A stretch of 64,000 nt of DNA from Dehalococcoidia bacterium (GTDB lineage: Bacteria > Chloroflexota > Dehalococcoidia > UBA2979), in the NCBI GenBank assembly GCA_964291495.2, contig OZ219874.1, positions 1 through 64,000 of the forward strand, in the 5' to 3' direction. Position numbers and translations under genes: made by a program. Positions 1 to 9,638 of this stretch are shown here, piece after piece (the stretch's first letter is position 1; each line of letters starts with the position of its first letter). Under the pieces are notes generated by a model. That model made no database searches. It worked only from the letters and a program-made list of their open reading frames with translations, and had not been told where the DNA came from.

Positions 1-25
1 GGACGGCGATACGCATCCGGTTGTC

Positions 26-989
26 CTAACCGACCGAAGACGGGATGAGGCGGAAGATCTGCTCGTGCAGATGCTCGTCGATCCCGATCAACCGCGACTG
101 GAAGGTATCGAGGAAGTCGTGCAAGCGCTCCTCGGTGAGGCGGCTCTCGTCCAGCGAGGAGAGGTCCAGGTCGAGCAGCGCCAGCTCGCGCGAGACGTGT
201 ACGGAGACGGCGGGCGGAGTGAGCGCGGTCGCCCCCTCGTAGTGGCGGCGGAAGGCGCGGATGCAGAAGCGAAGGCTGCGCGGGAAGCGCTCGCTGAGCA
301 CCAGCATGCTCGCGACTGCGGGGCCGCTCGGCGGCGCCCGGTGGGTCATCCGGAACGCTTGCCTGGCCCCGGCCGAGCGCAGTACCGAGGTCCAGTGCAC
401 GCGGTCGACGGAGCCTCCGACCTCCTGGCCGGCGGGGAGCGCGACATAGGACTTCGCGTCGATGATGCGGCTGGTCATGTCGGCGCGCTCGATGAAGATC
501 CCGCAGCGGAACCAGTCCCGCCCCTCGTCCAGCTGCACGGTGTTGTCGAAGAGGCCGAAGACTCGCGGCGATGCTCCGCCGCACGGAGTCGTAGAAGGCG
601 GCCATCCCGGAGCCGTCGGCGGGACTGGTGCGCCGCACCTCCAGGTAGAGCCTGTTGATCTCCTCCCAGACGTCGCGCGAGAGGTGCTCGCGCAGCTGGC
701 GGGCGAGGCTGCGGGCGTAGTTGAGGGTCGAGCGGAGCGAGTGCGGGTTCTCGGTGGAGAGCAGCAGGAACTCGCTGGGGCTGATGGTCGGCTGCGCCTC
801 CCGCGCCTCGTCGAAGCGGTCGTGGCCGCCGGTGGCGGTGATCACGGCGTCCCAGATCTCCGGGTCCGCGTCCAGCCCGCCCGCCTCCACCGAGGCGAAG
901 TACGAAACCTCCGCCATGCGCGAGATGTTCTCGACGCGCTCGAGGTTGCGGCCGAACCAGTAGAGGTTCTCGGCGACGCGGCTGAGCAT
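26..989 (-). CDS. Alpha-E domain protein (DUF403), with a +1 frameshift near 563
   Basis: ATG at 989 reads MLSRVAENLYWFGRNLERVENISR. The C-terminal half (ORF 26..538) has the second ER motif, GIFIERADMTSRII. One extra base near 563 splits the frame (possible sequencing error). It lies directly downstream of the CP-ATP-grasp gene. Confidence 0.85.
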
Positions 990-992
990 GGC

Positions 993-2447
993 CTAGCCGT
1001 CCCGTTCCAGCGGGGTGCGCAGCACCCAGGTGTCCTTGCTGCCGCCTCCCTGCGAGGAGTTAACGATGTAGGAGCCGTCCCTGAGCGCCACGCGCGTGAG
1101 CCCACCGGGCAGCACCCAGCTGTGCTCGCCGGTGAGGATGAACGGCCGCAAGTCGGAGCGGCGCGCCCGCAGCTTGCCGTCGAGCAGCGTGGGGATGGTG
1201 CTGAACTCCTGCAGCGGCTGAGCGATCCAGTTGCGTGGGTCCGCGCGCACGCGCTCCTCGAGGGCGCGCAACTCCTCATCCGATGCCTGCGGTCCGATCA
1301 CGATCCCGTAGCCGCCCGACTCGCCCGCCGGCTTCGTCACCAGCTGGTCGAGGTTCGCGCACATCTGCTCGAGGTCCGAGGGCAGGACGGCGGCGTAGGT
1401 CTCGATGTTGGGCAGGATCGGCTCCTCGGCCAGGTAGTAGCGGATGAAGTCCGGCACGAAGCGGTACACCACCTTGTCGTCGGCGACGCCGACGCCCGGA
1501 GCGTTGGCCAGCGTGACCCGGCCCGCCCGGTAGGCGTCGGCGAGACCGGCGACGCCCAGCGCGGAGTCCGGTCGGAACGCGAGCGGGTCGAGGAAGTCGT
1601 CGTCGACCCGGCGGTAGACCACGTGGACCGGCTCGAGGCCGGTGGTGGCGCGCAGATAGACGGTGTGGTCGTGGACGAGCAGGTCATGGCCCTCGACCAG
1701 CTCGACGCCCATCTCCCGGGCGAGGAAGGCGTGCTCGAAGTAGGCGGAGTTGTAGCCCCCCGGCGTGAGGATGACGACCCGAGTCTCGTCGTGGCTGACG
1801 TGCGCCGGGCGGACGGCGATCAGCGTCTCGAGGAGCCGCTCCGCATAGTCGTCGACGGACTGGACGGCCCCCTCGGGGAAGAGGTCGGGCACGGCGTTCA
1901 GCATGACGCGGCGGTTTTCGATCACGTAGGAGACGCCCGAGGGGGTGCGCGCGTTGTCCTCGATGACGCGGAACTGGCCCTCCCTGTCGCGGATCAGGTC
2001 GGTGCCGACGATGTGCGCGTAGACGCCGAGCGGCGGCTCGAAGTCGACCATGCGCAGGTTCAGGCCGGCCCCGCCGAACAGCACCTCCACGGGGATCACG
2101 CCATCGGTGATGCAGCGCTGCGTGGAGTAGACGTCGGCGAGGAAGGCGTTGAGGGCGCGCACGCGCTGGATCAGCCCGGTCTCGATCATCCGCCACTCCA
2201 GGGCCGCGACCACGCGCGGGAGGATCGAGAAGGGGAAGATGCGCTCGGCCCCGGCGTCGTCCTCGTAGACCGTGAAGGTGATGCCGCCGGTCAGCATCTC
2301 CAGCTCCGCGCGCTGCTGGCGCACGTCGATGTCGTCGATCGTCCAGGCCGCCAGACGGGAGGCGAATTCGGCGTAGGCGGGGCGCGGCTGGCCCTCCCGG
2401 TCCAGCATCTCGTCCGGGCCGGCCAGCTGCTCGTAGGCCGATAGCAT
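993..2447 (-). CDS. Circularly permuted type 2 ATP-grasp protein (DUF404/407)
   Basis: Motifs GITFTVY, EDNARTPSGVSY, YNSAYFEHAFLA, YRRVDDDFLDP and VNSSQGGGSKDTW. The start codon is uncertain (2447-2516). Confidence 0.92.
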   Translation of the reverse strand: MLSAYEQLAGPDEMLDREGQPRPAYAEFASRLAAWTIDDIDVRQQRAELEMLTGGITFTVYEDDAGAERIFPFSILPRVVAALEWRMIETGLIQRVRALNAFLADVYSTQRCITDGVIPVEVLFGGAGLNLRMVDFEPPLGVYAHIVGTDLIRDREGQFRVIEDNARTPSGVSYVIENRRVMLNAVPDLFPEGAVQSVDDYAERLLETLIAVRPAHVSHDETRVVILTPGGYNSAYFEHAFLAREMGVELVEGHDLLVHDHTVYLRATTGLEPVHVVYRRVDDDFLDPLAFRPDSALGVAGLADAYRAGRVTLANAPGVGVADDKVVYRFVPDFIRYYLAEEPILPNIETYAAVLPSDLEQMCANLDQLVTKPAGESGGYGIVIGPQASDEELRALEERVRADPRNWIAQPLQEFSTIPTLLDGKLRARRSDLRPFILTGEHSWVLPGGLTRVALRDGSYIVNSSQGGGSKDTWVLRTPLERDG

Positions 2448-2556
2448 CTCGGTCACGGCTAATGTCACCCCGACAGGATACGGCGCTCGGGGCGTGCGCT
2501 GCGCGTGTGGGAGCATCGAGGCAGGACGAACCGCGTCGAGTGGGGCGGATCAGGCG

Positions 2557-3570
2557 TCAGCGCTGGACTTGCGGCAGGACGTGCGAGGCGATCAGCTCGA
2601 GCGAGTCGAAGTCCGCGAGCGCGTGGTGCTGCAGCATCATGCCCGCGATCCCCGCCTCCTCGCAGCGCCCGATCTGCTCGACGATCGCGTCGGGCGTGCC
2701 GATCAGCCAGCCCCGCGTCGCGAGGACCGATAGCGTCTCCTCGATTGAGTGCCGTGGACGGGCGGCAGCCTGCCGCTGGTCGGCGTCAATCGCCCGACCG
2801 CCGGCTCGCACCATGGCAGGCGCCTGCTCGGCGATGCGCTCGAAGTGCCCGCGCAGCTCCGCCTCATCGCGCCCGACCACGAATCCGGCCATCTGCGAGT
2901 GACGGATCTCCGAGGCGTCGCGACCGACGTCCTCGCAGTGCGCGGCGAGCACACCGGCGAGCCGCCGGTACTCGTCGAGGTCGACGCCTGCGAAGTTCCA
3001 CTCCTGCGCGTAGCGGGCCGTGATGCGCAGCGTGCGGCGTTCGCCGCGGCCGCCCACCAGCAGCGGCAGCGGGCGCTGCGCGGGCTTGGGATGGGAGATC
3101 GCCTCGTGGAGGCGATAGTAGCGGCCCTCGAAGCTCGCGGGCCCGTCGCCGAGCAGTGCGAGCACGACCTGCACGCCCTCCTCGAGGCGGTCCATGCGCT
3201 CGCGCAGGCTGGGGAAGGGGAGGCCGAAGGCCTCGTGCTCCCCGACGTTCCAGCCCGCGCCGACGCCGAGCACGAAGCGCCCGCCGCTGAGCTGGTCGAG
3301 CTGCGCCGCCATCCGCGCGAGCAGCGAGGGGTGGCGGAACGTCATCGAGGTGACCAGCGGCCCGAAGCGGACGCGCTCGGTCTCCTCGGCGGCCACGACG
3401 AAGGAGATGAAGGTCTCGAGTGCATCGCGGTCGCGTGGGCCCATCAGGGAGTGGAAGTGGTCCGAGCGCCAGAGCGAATCGAAGCCGGCGTCCTCGGTGG
3501 AGCGGGCGATGCGCCGCCACAGCTCCCAGCCGAGCCCCTCCTGCCCCTCGATCATCACGCCCAGGTCCAT
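2557..3570 (-). CDS. LLM-class (probably F420-dependent) oxidoreductase
   Basis: Motifs GFDSLWRSDHF, FRHPSLLARMAAQLDQLSGGRFVLGVGAGW and PKPAQRPLPLLVGG. Confidence 0.9.
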   Translation of the reverse strand: MDLGVMIEGQEGLGWELWRRIARSTEDAGFDSLWRSDHFHSLMGPRDRDALETFISFVVAAEETERVRFGPLVTSMTFRHPSLLARMAAQLDQLSGGRFVLGVGAGWNVGEHEAFGLPFPSLRERMDRLEEGVQVVLALLGDGPASFEGRYYRLHEAISHPKPAQRPLPLLVGGRGERRTLRITARYAQEWNFAGVDLDEYRRLAGVLAAHCEDVGRDASEIRHSQMAGFVVGRDEAELRGHFERIAEQAPAMVRAGGRAIDADQRQAAARPRHSIEETLSVLATRGWLIGTPDAIVEQIGRCEEAGIAGMMLQHHALADFDSLELIASHVLPQVQR

Positions 3571-3606
3571 CGCGGTCCTCCGTCCAAGCGTCGGCGAACG
3601 CAGCCG

Positions 3607-4758
3607 CTACTGGTTGCCGAGGATCAGCGTCGAGGTGCCGGAGAACATGCCGGCCGGGGCGTGCGTCATGCTCAGCTCGAGGTCGGGGAGCTGGCGCTCG
3701 CCCGCCTCGCCGCGCAGCTGCGTGACCGACTCCATGATCGCGAACATGCCGTACATGCCGGTGTGCGTGTAGGAGAGCCCGCCGCCGTTGGTGTTGACCG
3801 GCAGCTCGCCGCCGGGCGCGGTCTGCATCTCCGCGAAGTAGGGAGCGCCCTCGCCCGGCTGCACGAAGCCGAGCGCCTCGAGGGCGTAGACCGGCACGTG
3901 CGTGAAGGCGTCGTACAGCATCAGGTGGCGGATGTCGGCGTGGTCGAGGCCGGCCATCGCGAAGGCGCTCGCGCCGGTCTGCTTCGCGGACGTCCACTCC
4001 GTCATGTCGTCCATGAAGGTGATCGACCGATGCGCCGTCGCCTCGCCGCGGCCGAGCAGCCAGACGGGCGGCTTCGGGAAGTCGTGCGCGCGTTCCTCAC
4101 TGACCAGCACCAGCGCGCCGCCGCCGTCGGTGACGAGGCAGCAGTTGAACAGGCGCAGCGGCCAGGCGATCAGCCGCGAGTTGAGCACGTCCTCGACGCT
4201 GATCGGATCGCGCATCATCGCCCGAGGGTTGAGCGTCGCCCAGCGTCGCGTCGCGACGGCCACGGCGGCGAACTGCTCCTCGGTGCTGCCGAAGTGGTGC
4301 ATGTGCCGCACCTGCGGGATCGAGAACATGCTGGGCGGGCCCCAGCCCCCGAACGGGTGCTCGAACTGCCCCTGGATGCTCGACGGCCCCGCGTCACCCC
4401 GCGGCATGCCGACGCGCGAGCGGCCGGACTCGCCGTGCGTCACCAGCGCCGTGTCGCAGTAGCCGGCCTCGATCGCCGCGGCCGCGTGCCCGACGTGCAT
4501 GAGGAAGGAGCCGCCGCCCACGGCCGTGCCGTCCACCCAGCGCGGCGAGATGTGCAGGTACTCCGAGATGTCCGCAGGCGTCGTGCCCGCGGTCGCGATG
4601 CCGTCGACATCGTCCTCGGTCAGCCCCGCGTCGGCGAGGGCGAGCCGGGCGGCCTCGGCGTGGAGTTGGATCATCGAGCGGTCCGGGAGGACGCCGAGTT
4701 CCGTTTCCGCGGCGCCGACGATCGCGACCTTGCGCCTGAGGTGGCTCGCTGAGGGCAT
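3607..4758 (-). CDS. Thiolase-family (SCP-x/Ltp-like) protein
   Basis: Motifs VAIVGAAET, CCLVTDGGGALV, LYDAFT and PVNTNGGGLSYTH. Paired with a DUF35 gene. Confidence 0.9.
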   Translation of the reverse strand: MPSASHLRRKVAIVGAAETELGVLPDRSMIQLHAEAARLALADAGLTEDDVDGIATAGTTPADISEYLHISPRWVDGTAVGGGSFLMHVGHAAAAIEAGYCDTALVTHGESGRSRVGMPRGDAGPSSIQGQFEHPFGGWGPPSMFSIPQVRHMHHFGSTEEQFAAVAVATRRWATLNPRAMMRDPISVEDVLNSRLIAWPLRLFNCCLVTDGGGALVLVSEERAHDFPKPPVWLLGRGEATAHRSITFMDDMTEWTSAKQTGASAFAMAGLDHADIRHLMLYDAFTHVPVYALEALGFVQPGEGAPYFAEMQTAPGGELPVNTNGGGLSYTHTGMYGMFAIMESVTQLRGEAGERQLPDLELSMTHAPAGMFSGTSTLILGNQ

Positions 4759-4771
4759 GCGCGGCTCCTCG

Positions 4772-5191
4772 CTAGCCTCGCGCCGGCCGGAACTTGGCCA
4801 GCGTCACCTCGTCGGTGACGTCGTCGTAGACGATCTCGAGCGGCAGATCGACGGGCAGCGCCTCGGGCGTAGGCTCGACCTCGACGAGGTTGGTCAGCAT
4901 GCGCGGGCCCTCGTCCAGCTCGACGACCGCGATCACGTAGGGCACGTCCTCCGCGAAGCCGCCGAAGCCGCGATGCGAGATGACGTAGGTGTGGAGCTTC
5001 GCGCGGCCGGAGACGGTCTCCCACTGCACGTTCCCGGAGCGGCAGCCCGCGTGCGGGCAGAACGGGCGGGGGAAGAAGTAGAAGCGGTCGCAGTCGAGGC
5101 AGCGCTGGATGCGCAGCTCATGGCGCTTCAGGCCGTCCCAGAACTCCTGCGTCTCCGGCGTCGGTTCCGGGAGGGGCTTGTCGTACGCCAT
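4772..5191 (-). CDS. Zn-ribbon/OB-fold protein (DUF35, ChsH2-like)
   Basis: Motifs QRCLDC..FFPRPFCP and PYVIAVVELDEGPRMLTN. Adjacent to the thiolase. Confidence 0.9.
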   Translation of the reverse strand: MAYDKPLPEPTPETQEFWDGLKRHELRIQRCLDCDRFYFFPRPFCPHAGCRSGNVQWETVSGRAKLHTYVISHRGFGGFAEDVPYVIAVVELDEGPRMLTNLVEVEPTPEALPVDLPLEIVYDDVTDEVTLAKFRPARG

Positions 5192-5203
5192 CGTCGCGGC
5201 CGG

Positions 5204-5749
5204 TCAGTCCCCGAGGACCGTGTCGTAGCCGAGAGAGCGGATCTCCTCGACGTATTCGGCGCGCCAGCCGGCCGCGGGGATGCGGCGGCGCAACTCGCGG
5301 AACTCGCGGTGGTAGCGCAGGTACTCCTCCTCCAGCCGACGCCGCCACTCCGCCTCTTCGCGGTAGGCGTCCGGGTCGACCTCCTCGAGGCGACGGTCGA
5401 AGCTCTCCTCGTCGAGATCGAACTCGTCGCGCCAGTACTCGGCGAGGTAGTCGAGCGTGTCCTCGAGGTCGCGGCGGCAGTCGAGCATGTAGGTCTCGAG
5501 CAGCTGGCCGGCGTCGGCGGTGGAGCCGCGCAGCCGCTCGGAGCGCGCGCAGTCCTGGCAGAGCGTGACGAGCTTGCGCGCCTCGCAGCTATCGCCGCGC
5601 GGGCAGTTGCGGTGGCGCGGCGCGAAGGGCGAGAGCTCGGGCTTGCGGGAGTAGCCGACGACGAGCGCCTCGAAGTCGGTCTGGCAGCGCGGGCAGGTGA
5701 GCCGCCGCGCGAAGATCTGGTTGATCGCCTCTTCCCAGTTGATGCGCAC
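5204..5749 (-). CDS. Hypothetical Cys-rich (putative Zn-binding) protein
   Basis: CPRC, C-x5-C and CQDC motifs followed by an acidic helical C-terminus. It fits the operon spacing. Confidence 0.7.
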   Translation of the reverse strand: MRINWEEAINQIFARRLTCPRCQTDFEALVVGYSRKPELSPFAPRHRNCPRGDSCEARKLVTLCQDCARSERLRGSTADAGQLLETYMLDCRRDLEDTLDYLAEYWRDEFDLDEESFDRRLEEVDPDAYREEAEWRRRLEEEYLRYHREFRELRRRIPAAGWRAEYVEEIRSLGYDTVLGD

Positions 5750-5861
5750 CGCTCACCCCTCCGCACGGCCGGGCTGCCTCGATGGTACGCGCGGCCCCGG
5801 CACTGTCAACGAGGCGGCGTCACAGGATTGGTGACGTTGTCTTCGATGAACAGCGCGGCCG

Positions 5862-6365
5862 CTACCCCTCAAGCGCGCGCTCGTAGCTGCCGGACTGGCC
5901 CGGCATCTCCTCCACCTCGACGGCGATGCGCGCGAGGTTGTCCACGCCCTCGGCGGCGAGGGATGCGACGACGGTCTCGCAGAGCCACTGCGCCAGCAGC
6001 TCGGCGGTGCTGTTCTCGATTGGCAGCACGGCGACGTCGACAGCGGGGAAGCGGTACTCGCGCTCGCCAAAGCGCACGACCCAGGCGTCCGGCTGCTCCT
6101 CGATCTCGAGCAGCGGCGAGTCGCGCTGGAGCAGGAAACAGTGATCGAGGCGCTCGCAGGCCTCGCGCACGAGGCGCTTCAGCACGCTGAAGTCGATCAC
6201 CCAGCGGTCGGCCGTGAGCGCGCCCTCCACGCGGCAGCGCACGATGTAGTTGTGGCCGTGCAGCGGCTCCAGCTCGTCGCCGAGCGTGGCCATGTGCGCC
6301 GCCGCGAAGCGCAGGCGCACGCCCTCGACGGTGACCGCGCGGCGCTCCGCGCCCGCTTCGCTCAT
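5862..6365 (-). CDS. queD: 6-pyruvoyl/6-carboxy-tetrahydropterin synthase family protein
   Basis: Motifs FAAAH, LHGHNY, IDFSVLK, LDH and NSTAELLA. Confidence 0.8.
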   Translation of the reverse strand: MSEAGAERRAVTVEGVRLRFAAAHMATLGDELEPLHGHNYIVRCRVEGALTADRWVIDFSVLKRLVREACERLDHCFLLQRDSPLLEIEEQPDAWVVRFGEREYRFPAVDVAVLPIENSTAELLAQWLCETVVASLAAEGVDNLARIAVEVEEMPGQSGSYERALEG

Positions 6366-6455
6366 CGCGCCATCCCGGCCCCGCGGGCGGTCCGCCCAAC
6401 GAACGAGGGCAGCCGCGCGGCTGCCCTCGTCATCTTCATCGCTCGCCGCGTCTGC

Positions 6456-7328
6456 TCAGACGGCGACCATGTCGAGCAACTGGTCGACGCTGCGCGTCTT
6501 GACGCGGAGCCGCTCCTTCGCCTCGACCAGGCGCTCGTGCATCGGAACGCTCTCGTTCGCGCGGTGCAGCAGGCCGATCGGGATGCCGTCCTCCCGCACG
6601 AGATCGAGCGCGGCCGCAAGGTTGCTCGGGTCGTGGCTCTCCGGGATCTCCCAGGCGCCGGGGTCGATGCCCTTGGCCGGGTTGCCCTTCAGCGCCTCGT
6701 ACGTGTCGTTGTACGTGGTGCAGGGCGACTGCACATGGACGATCGAGAAGCCGGGGTAGTCCATCGCCTCGCCGATCTGCTGGGCCAGCACGCGCGGCCG
6801 CGTCGAGATCGCGGAGACGATGAACGGCACGCCGTAGGAGAGGTACAGCAGCAGCGGGTTCACCGGGTCGTCGAGCTTGCCGTAGGGCGTGGTCGGCGTG
6901 ATCTGGCCGAACTCGGTCGTCGGCGAGGCCTGGCCCTTGGTGAGCCCGTAGACGCCGTTGTCCATGATGATGCAGGTGACGTCGAGGTTGCGCTTCGCCG
7001 CCGGGGCGATGTGCTCGCCGCCGATGCTGAGGAAGTCCCCGTCGCCGGCGACGACCACGACGTTGAGCTCCGGCCGCGCCGACTTCACGCCGAGCGCGAT
7101 CGGCAGGGTGCGGCCGTGGATGCCGTGGATGCCGAACGGCTGCGGGCCCTCCTGCAGGTGCACGAGGTTCCCCGAGCAGCCGATGCCGGCGACCATCACG
7201 GTCTCCTCGATCGGCCGGTTCGCGCTGTTGACCCACTCCGCAAGGGAGAGTTCGACGGCGCGCACCACCGCGAAGTCCCCGCAGCCCGGGCACCACTTGA
7301 AGTCGTAGTCGGGATTGCGCTTGGTCAT
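6456..7328 (-). CDS. 2-oxoacid:ferredoxin oxidoreductase beta subunit
   Basis: WCPGCGD, GIGCS, HGR, the GDGD..NGVYGLTKGQ TPP motif and SPC. The true start is ATG 7328, overlapping the alpha-subunit stop. Confidence 0.93.
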   Translation of the reverse strand: MTKRNPDYDFKWCPGCGDFAVVRAVELSLAEWVNSANRPIEETVMVAGIGCSGNLVHLQEGPQPFGIHGIHGRTLPIALGVKSARPELNVVVVAGDGDFLSIGGEHIAPAAKRNLDVTCIIMDNGVYGLTKGQASPTTEFGQITPTTPYGKLDDPVNPLLLYLSYGVPFIVSAISTRPRVLAQQIGEAMDYPGFSIVHVQSPCTTYNDTYEALKGNPAKGIDPGAWEIPESHDPSNLAAALDLVREDGIPIGLLHRANESVPMHERLVEAKERLRVKTRSVDQLLDMVAV

Positions 7329-9031
7329 ACCTGAGCCAGCCTTCCGGCGCCGCAGCGCTCCTGGACTCGTCCCACAAGATCCCTCACCTTGAACGGCAAC
7401 CCGGTGTACTGCGTGAGCGACTCCGCAGGCACGCCGAGCTGCCGCAAGATACTCGAAAACTGACCGAGGTAGTTGAGCTCCGGCACCAGCACCAGCTCCT
7501 TGCTGCGCAGGTGCTCGAGCAGCGGCGGGGGCAGCGGGTTGAGGTACATCGTGTAGCTCCACCCGATGTCCACGCCCGAGGCGCGCAGCTCCTCGTAGGC
7601 CGCGCGCGCCGCGCCCTTCGAGCCGCCCCACGGCATCAGCGCCACGGGCGAGTCCGCGTTGTCCAGCTCGTAGTCGCCGTCCTCGAGGATCTTCAGCTTG
7701 TTGAAGCGGCGCGCCGTCATCGTCGGGTGCGTGTCGGGCTGGTGGACGGTGTCGCCCTGCTCGTCGTGCTCCGAGGCGTTGGCGACGTAGGCGCCGGCCC
7801 CGCCGGGCACAGGGAAGGGCGTCACCCCGTCTCCCGCGTAGCGGCGGTTGCCCACCTCGCCCTGGGAGACGACGCGCTGCTCGACGTGCGCCGAGGCGGG
7901 GTCGGGGCGCGGAATGTCTTGCGCGCGCTCGGCGAGCTGCATCTCGCTGAGCACGATCACCGGACCCTGGTAGCGCTCGGCCCAGTTGAGGCCCATGATC
8001 CCGGCCGTCCAGCACTCCTCGACGGTGCCGGGCGCGATGACCGGCAGCCGCAGGTCGCCGTGGCCGGGGTTGAGGCAGGCCAGCAGGTCGGACTGCTCTG
8101 TCTTCGTCGGCAGGCCCGTGGCCGGACCGCCGCGCTGCACGTCGACCACCACACAGGGGATCTCCGCCATCCAGGCGAAGCCGAGGCCCTCGCCCATCAG
8201 GCTCAGCCCCGGACCGGCCGTCGAGGTCATCGCCTTCTTGCCGGCGTAGCCCGCGCCGATGATCGTCGAGATCGATTCGATCTCCGAGCTCGCCTGCACG
8301 ACCGACTTGCCCTCGCCGGTGAGGTGGTCCTCCATGAAGACGAGGATCGTCGTCGCGGGCGAGATCGGGTAGCCGACGAAGATGTCGAGGCCCGAGGTGA
8401 TCGCGCCGAGCGAGAGCAGGTCGTTGCCCTTGATTACCACGCGCGGGCCGTCCTCGGCCGGCGGCGCGTCGAGGTCGGAGACCTTGAAGCCGGCGCGCTC
8501 GATCTCCTGCACACCCAGCTTCAGCGCCTCGATGTTCGCGTCGATGATCTGCTGGTCGTTGTCGCGCCCGCGGGTGAAGCGCTCGCGGATGAAGTCCTCG
8601 AAGTACTCGGGCGGCATCCCGCCGAGCGCGGCGACGGCGCCGATCACGACCATGTTGGCCGCGCGCGGGTTGCCGGTGGAGCGCGCCAGCTCGTCCACGG
8701 CGATGCCGACGGCGCTGCCGTTGGACTCCAACTCGAAGTCCTCCGCGTTGTAGACCAGCACGCCGCCGTCGCGCAGCTCGGAGACGTGGCTCTCGTAGGC
8801 CTCGCGGTTGAGGACGACGAGGATGTCGAGGGCGTCGCCGTCGTGCTGGATCGGGTTCGTCGAGATGCGGGTCTGCGCCCAGGTGGGGCCGCCCTTGATC
8901 TGCGAGGGATAGGTGGAATAGGTCTGCACGTGGTAGCCGACGCGGCCCGCTGCCTGGGCAAGCCCCTCGGCGGCGGTGACCTGGCCCTGGCCACCTTCTC
9001 CTGCGAACCGGACGATCAGGTCTGTACTCAT
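7325..9031 (-). CDS. 2-oxoacid:acceptor oxidoreductase alpha subunit (with gamma domain)
   Basis: Motifs FAGEGGQG, GYPISPAT, TSTAGPGLSLM, QRGGPATGLPTKTEQSD and ELNYLGQ. Confidence 0.93.
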   Translation of the reverse strand: MSTDLIVRFAGEGGQGQVTAAEGLAQAAGRVGYHVQTYSTYPSQIKGGPTWAQTRISTNPIQHDGDALDILVVLNREAYESHVSELRDGGVLVYNAEDFELESNGSAVGIAVDELARSTGNPRAANMVVIGAVAALGGMPPEYFEDFIRERFTRGRDNDQQIIDANIEALKLGVQEIERAGFKVSDLDAPPAEDGPRVVIKGNDLLSLGAITSGLDIFVGYPISPATTILVFMEDHLTGEGKSVVQASSEIESISTIIGAGYAGKKAMTSTAGPGLSLMGEGLGFAWMAEIPCVVVDVQRGGPATGLPTKTEQSDLLACLNPGHGDLRLPVIAPGTVEECWTAGIMGLNWAERYQGPVIVLSEMQLAERAQDIPRPDPASAHVEQRVVSQGEVGNRRYAGDGVTPFPVPGGAGAYVANASEHDEQGDTVHQPDTHPTMTARRFNKLKILEDGDYELDNADSPVALMPWGGSKGAARAAYEELRASGVDIGWSYTMYLNPLPPPLLEHLRSKELVLVPELNYLGQFSSILRQLGVPAESLTQYTGLPFKVRDLVGRVQERCGAGRLAQV

Positions 9032-9409
9032 CTGTCCTTACCCCGGAATCACGCCTGGGAGGTCGCCGATCGGTCCGAACGGGGAGCCAGGGCCGCCAAT
9101 CGCGCGTGAGCATACACGGATCGGCAACGCCGATCCGGCGACCACCTCGCGTGGGGATCGATAGCTTGTCATCGGGAGTGCCGTCATTGGAGCGCCCGGC
9201 CTCGCGACTGTCCTGGGGAGGTTCCCGCTGCATCGCGAATGCGATGCCTCTTGGCAAGCAGTATCGGGCGCGGATACGGCTACGTTCAACTATCAACACT
9301 CACGTCAACGCGTCCGGCTCGCGGGACATCGGCCAGCAACAGTCGTTATGGCGATCCCCGGCCCCTCGGAGACTGTTGCGGAACCCTCCCCTCAGGGCAG
9401 CGAGCGCAT

Positions 9410-9607
9410 CCCTTCCGGTCCCCTCTCCCCGAGGGAGAGGGTTAGGGTGAGGGCGCTTCACCGGAGTGTCGTCGCGCCGCCGGGGCTCTCGGGGTCGCGC
9501 GGGTGGTCCGGCGCGCCTGGATTCCGGCTTCCGCCGGAATGACGGAGAAGGGGCGGCGGTCCCCCCTTCCGGTCCCCTCTCCCCGAGGGAGAGGGTTAGG
9601 GTGAGGG
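9410..9607. repeat. Two identical 44-bp REP/BoxC-like elements flanking a short palindromic repeat
   Basis: CCCTTCCGGTCCCCTCTCCCCGAGGGAGAGGGTTAGGGTGAGGG occurs at 9410-9453 and 9564-9607. The palindrome ATTCCGGC-TTCC-GCCGGAAT lies at 9521-9540. Confidence 0.85.
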
Positions 9608-9638
9608 AGGGTCCGCCCTCGCGAGGGCCGCGGCAACC

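Noticed and set aside
555-570. Programmed frameshift in the alpha-E gene (also at 22200 and 41335)
   Set aside because: No slippery sequence is evident. A sequencing error or simple indel is more likely; reads are needed to decide.
462-9109. Long plus-strand ORFs (462..2444, 2749..4752, 4499..6190, 7511..9109)
   Set aside because: They are antisense shadows of well-supported minus-strand genes in high-GC DNA and carry no motifs.
6456-9299. 947-aa ORF suggesting a giant beta subunit
   Set aside because: Only the last 290 aa (from 7328) are OFOR beta; the rest is an off-frame overlap with the alpha gene.
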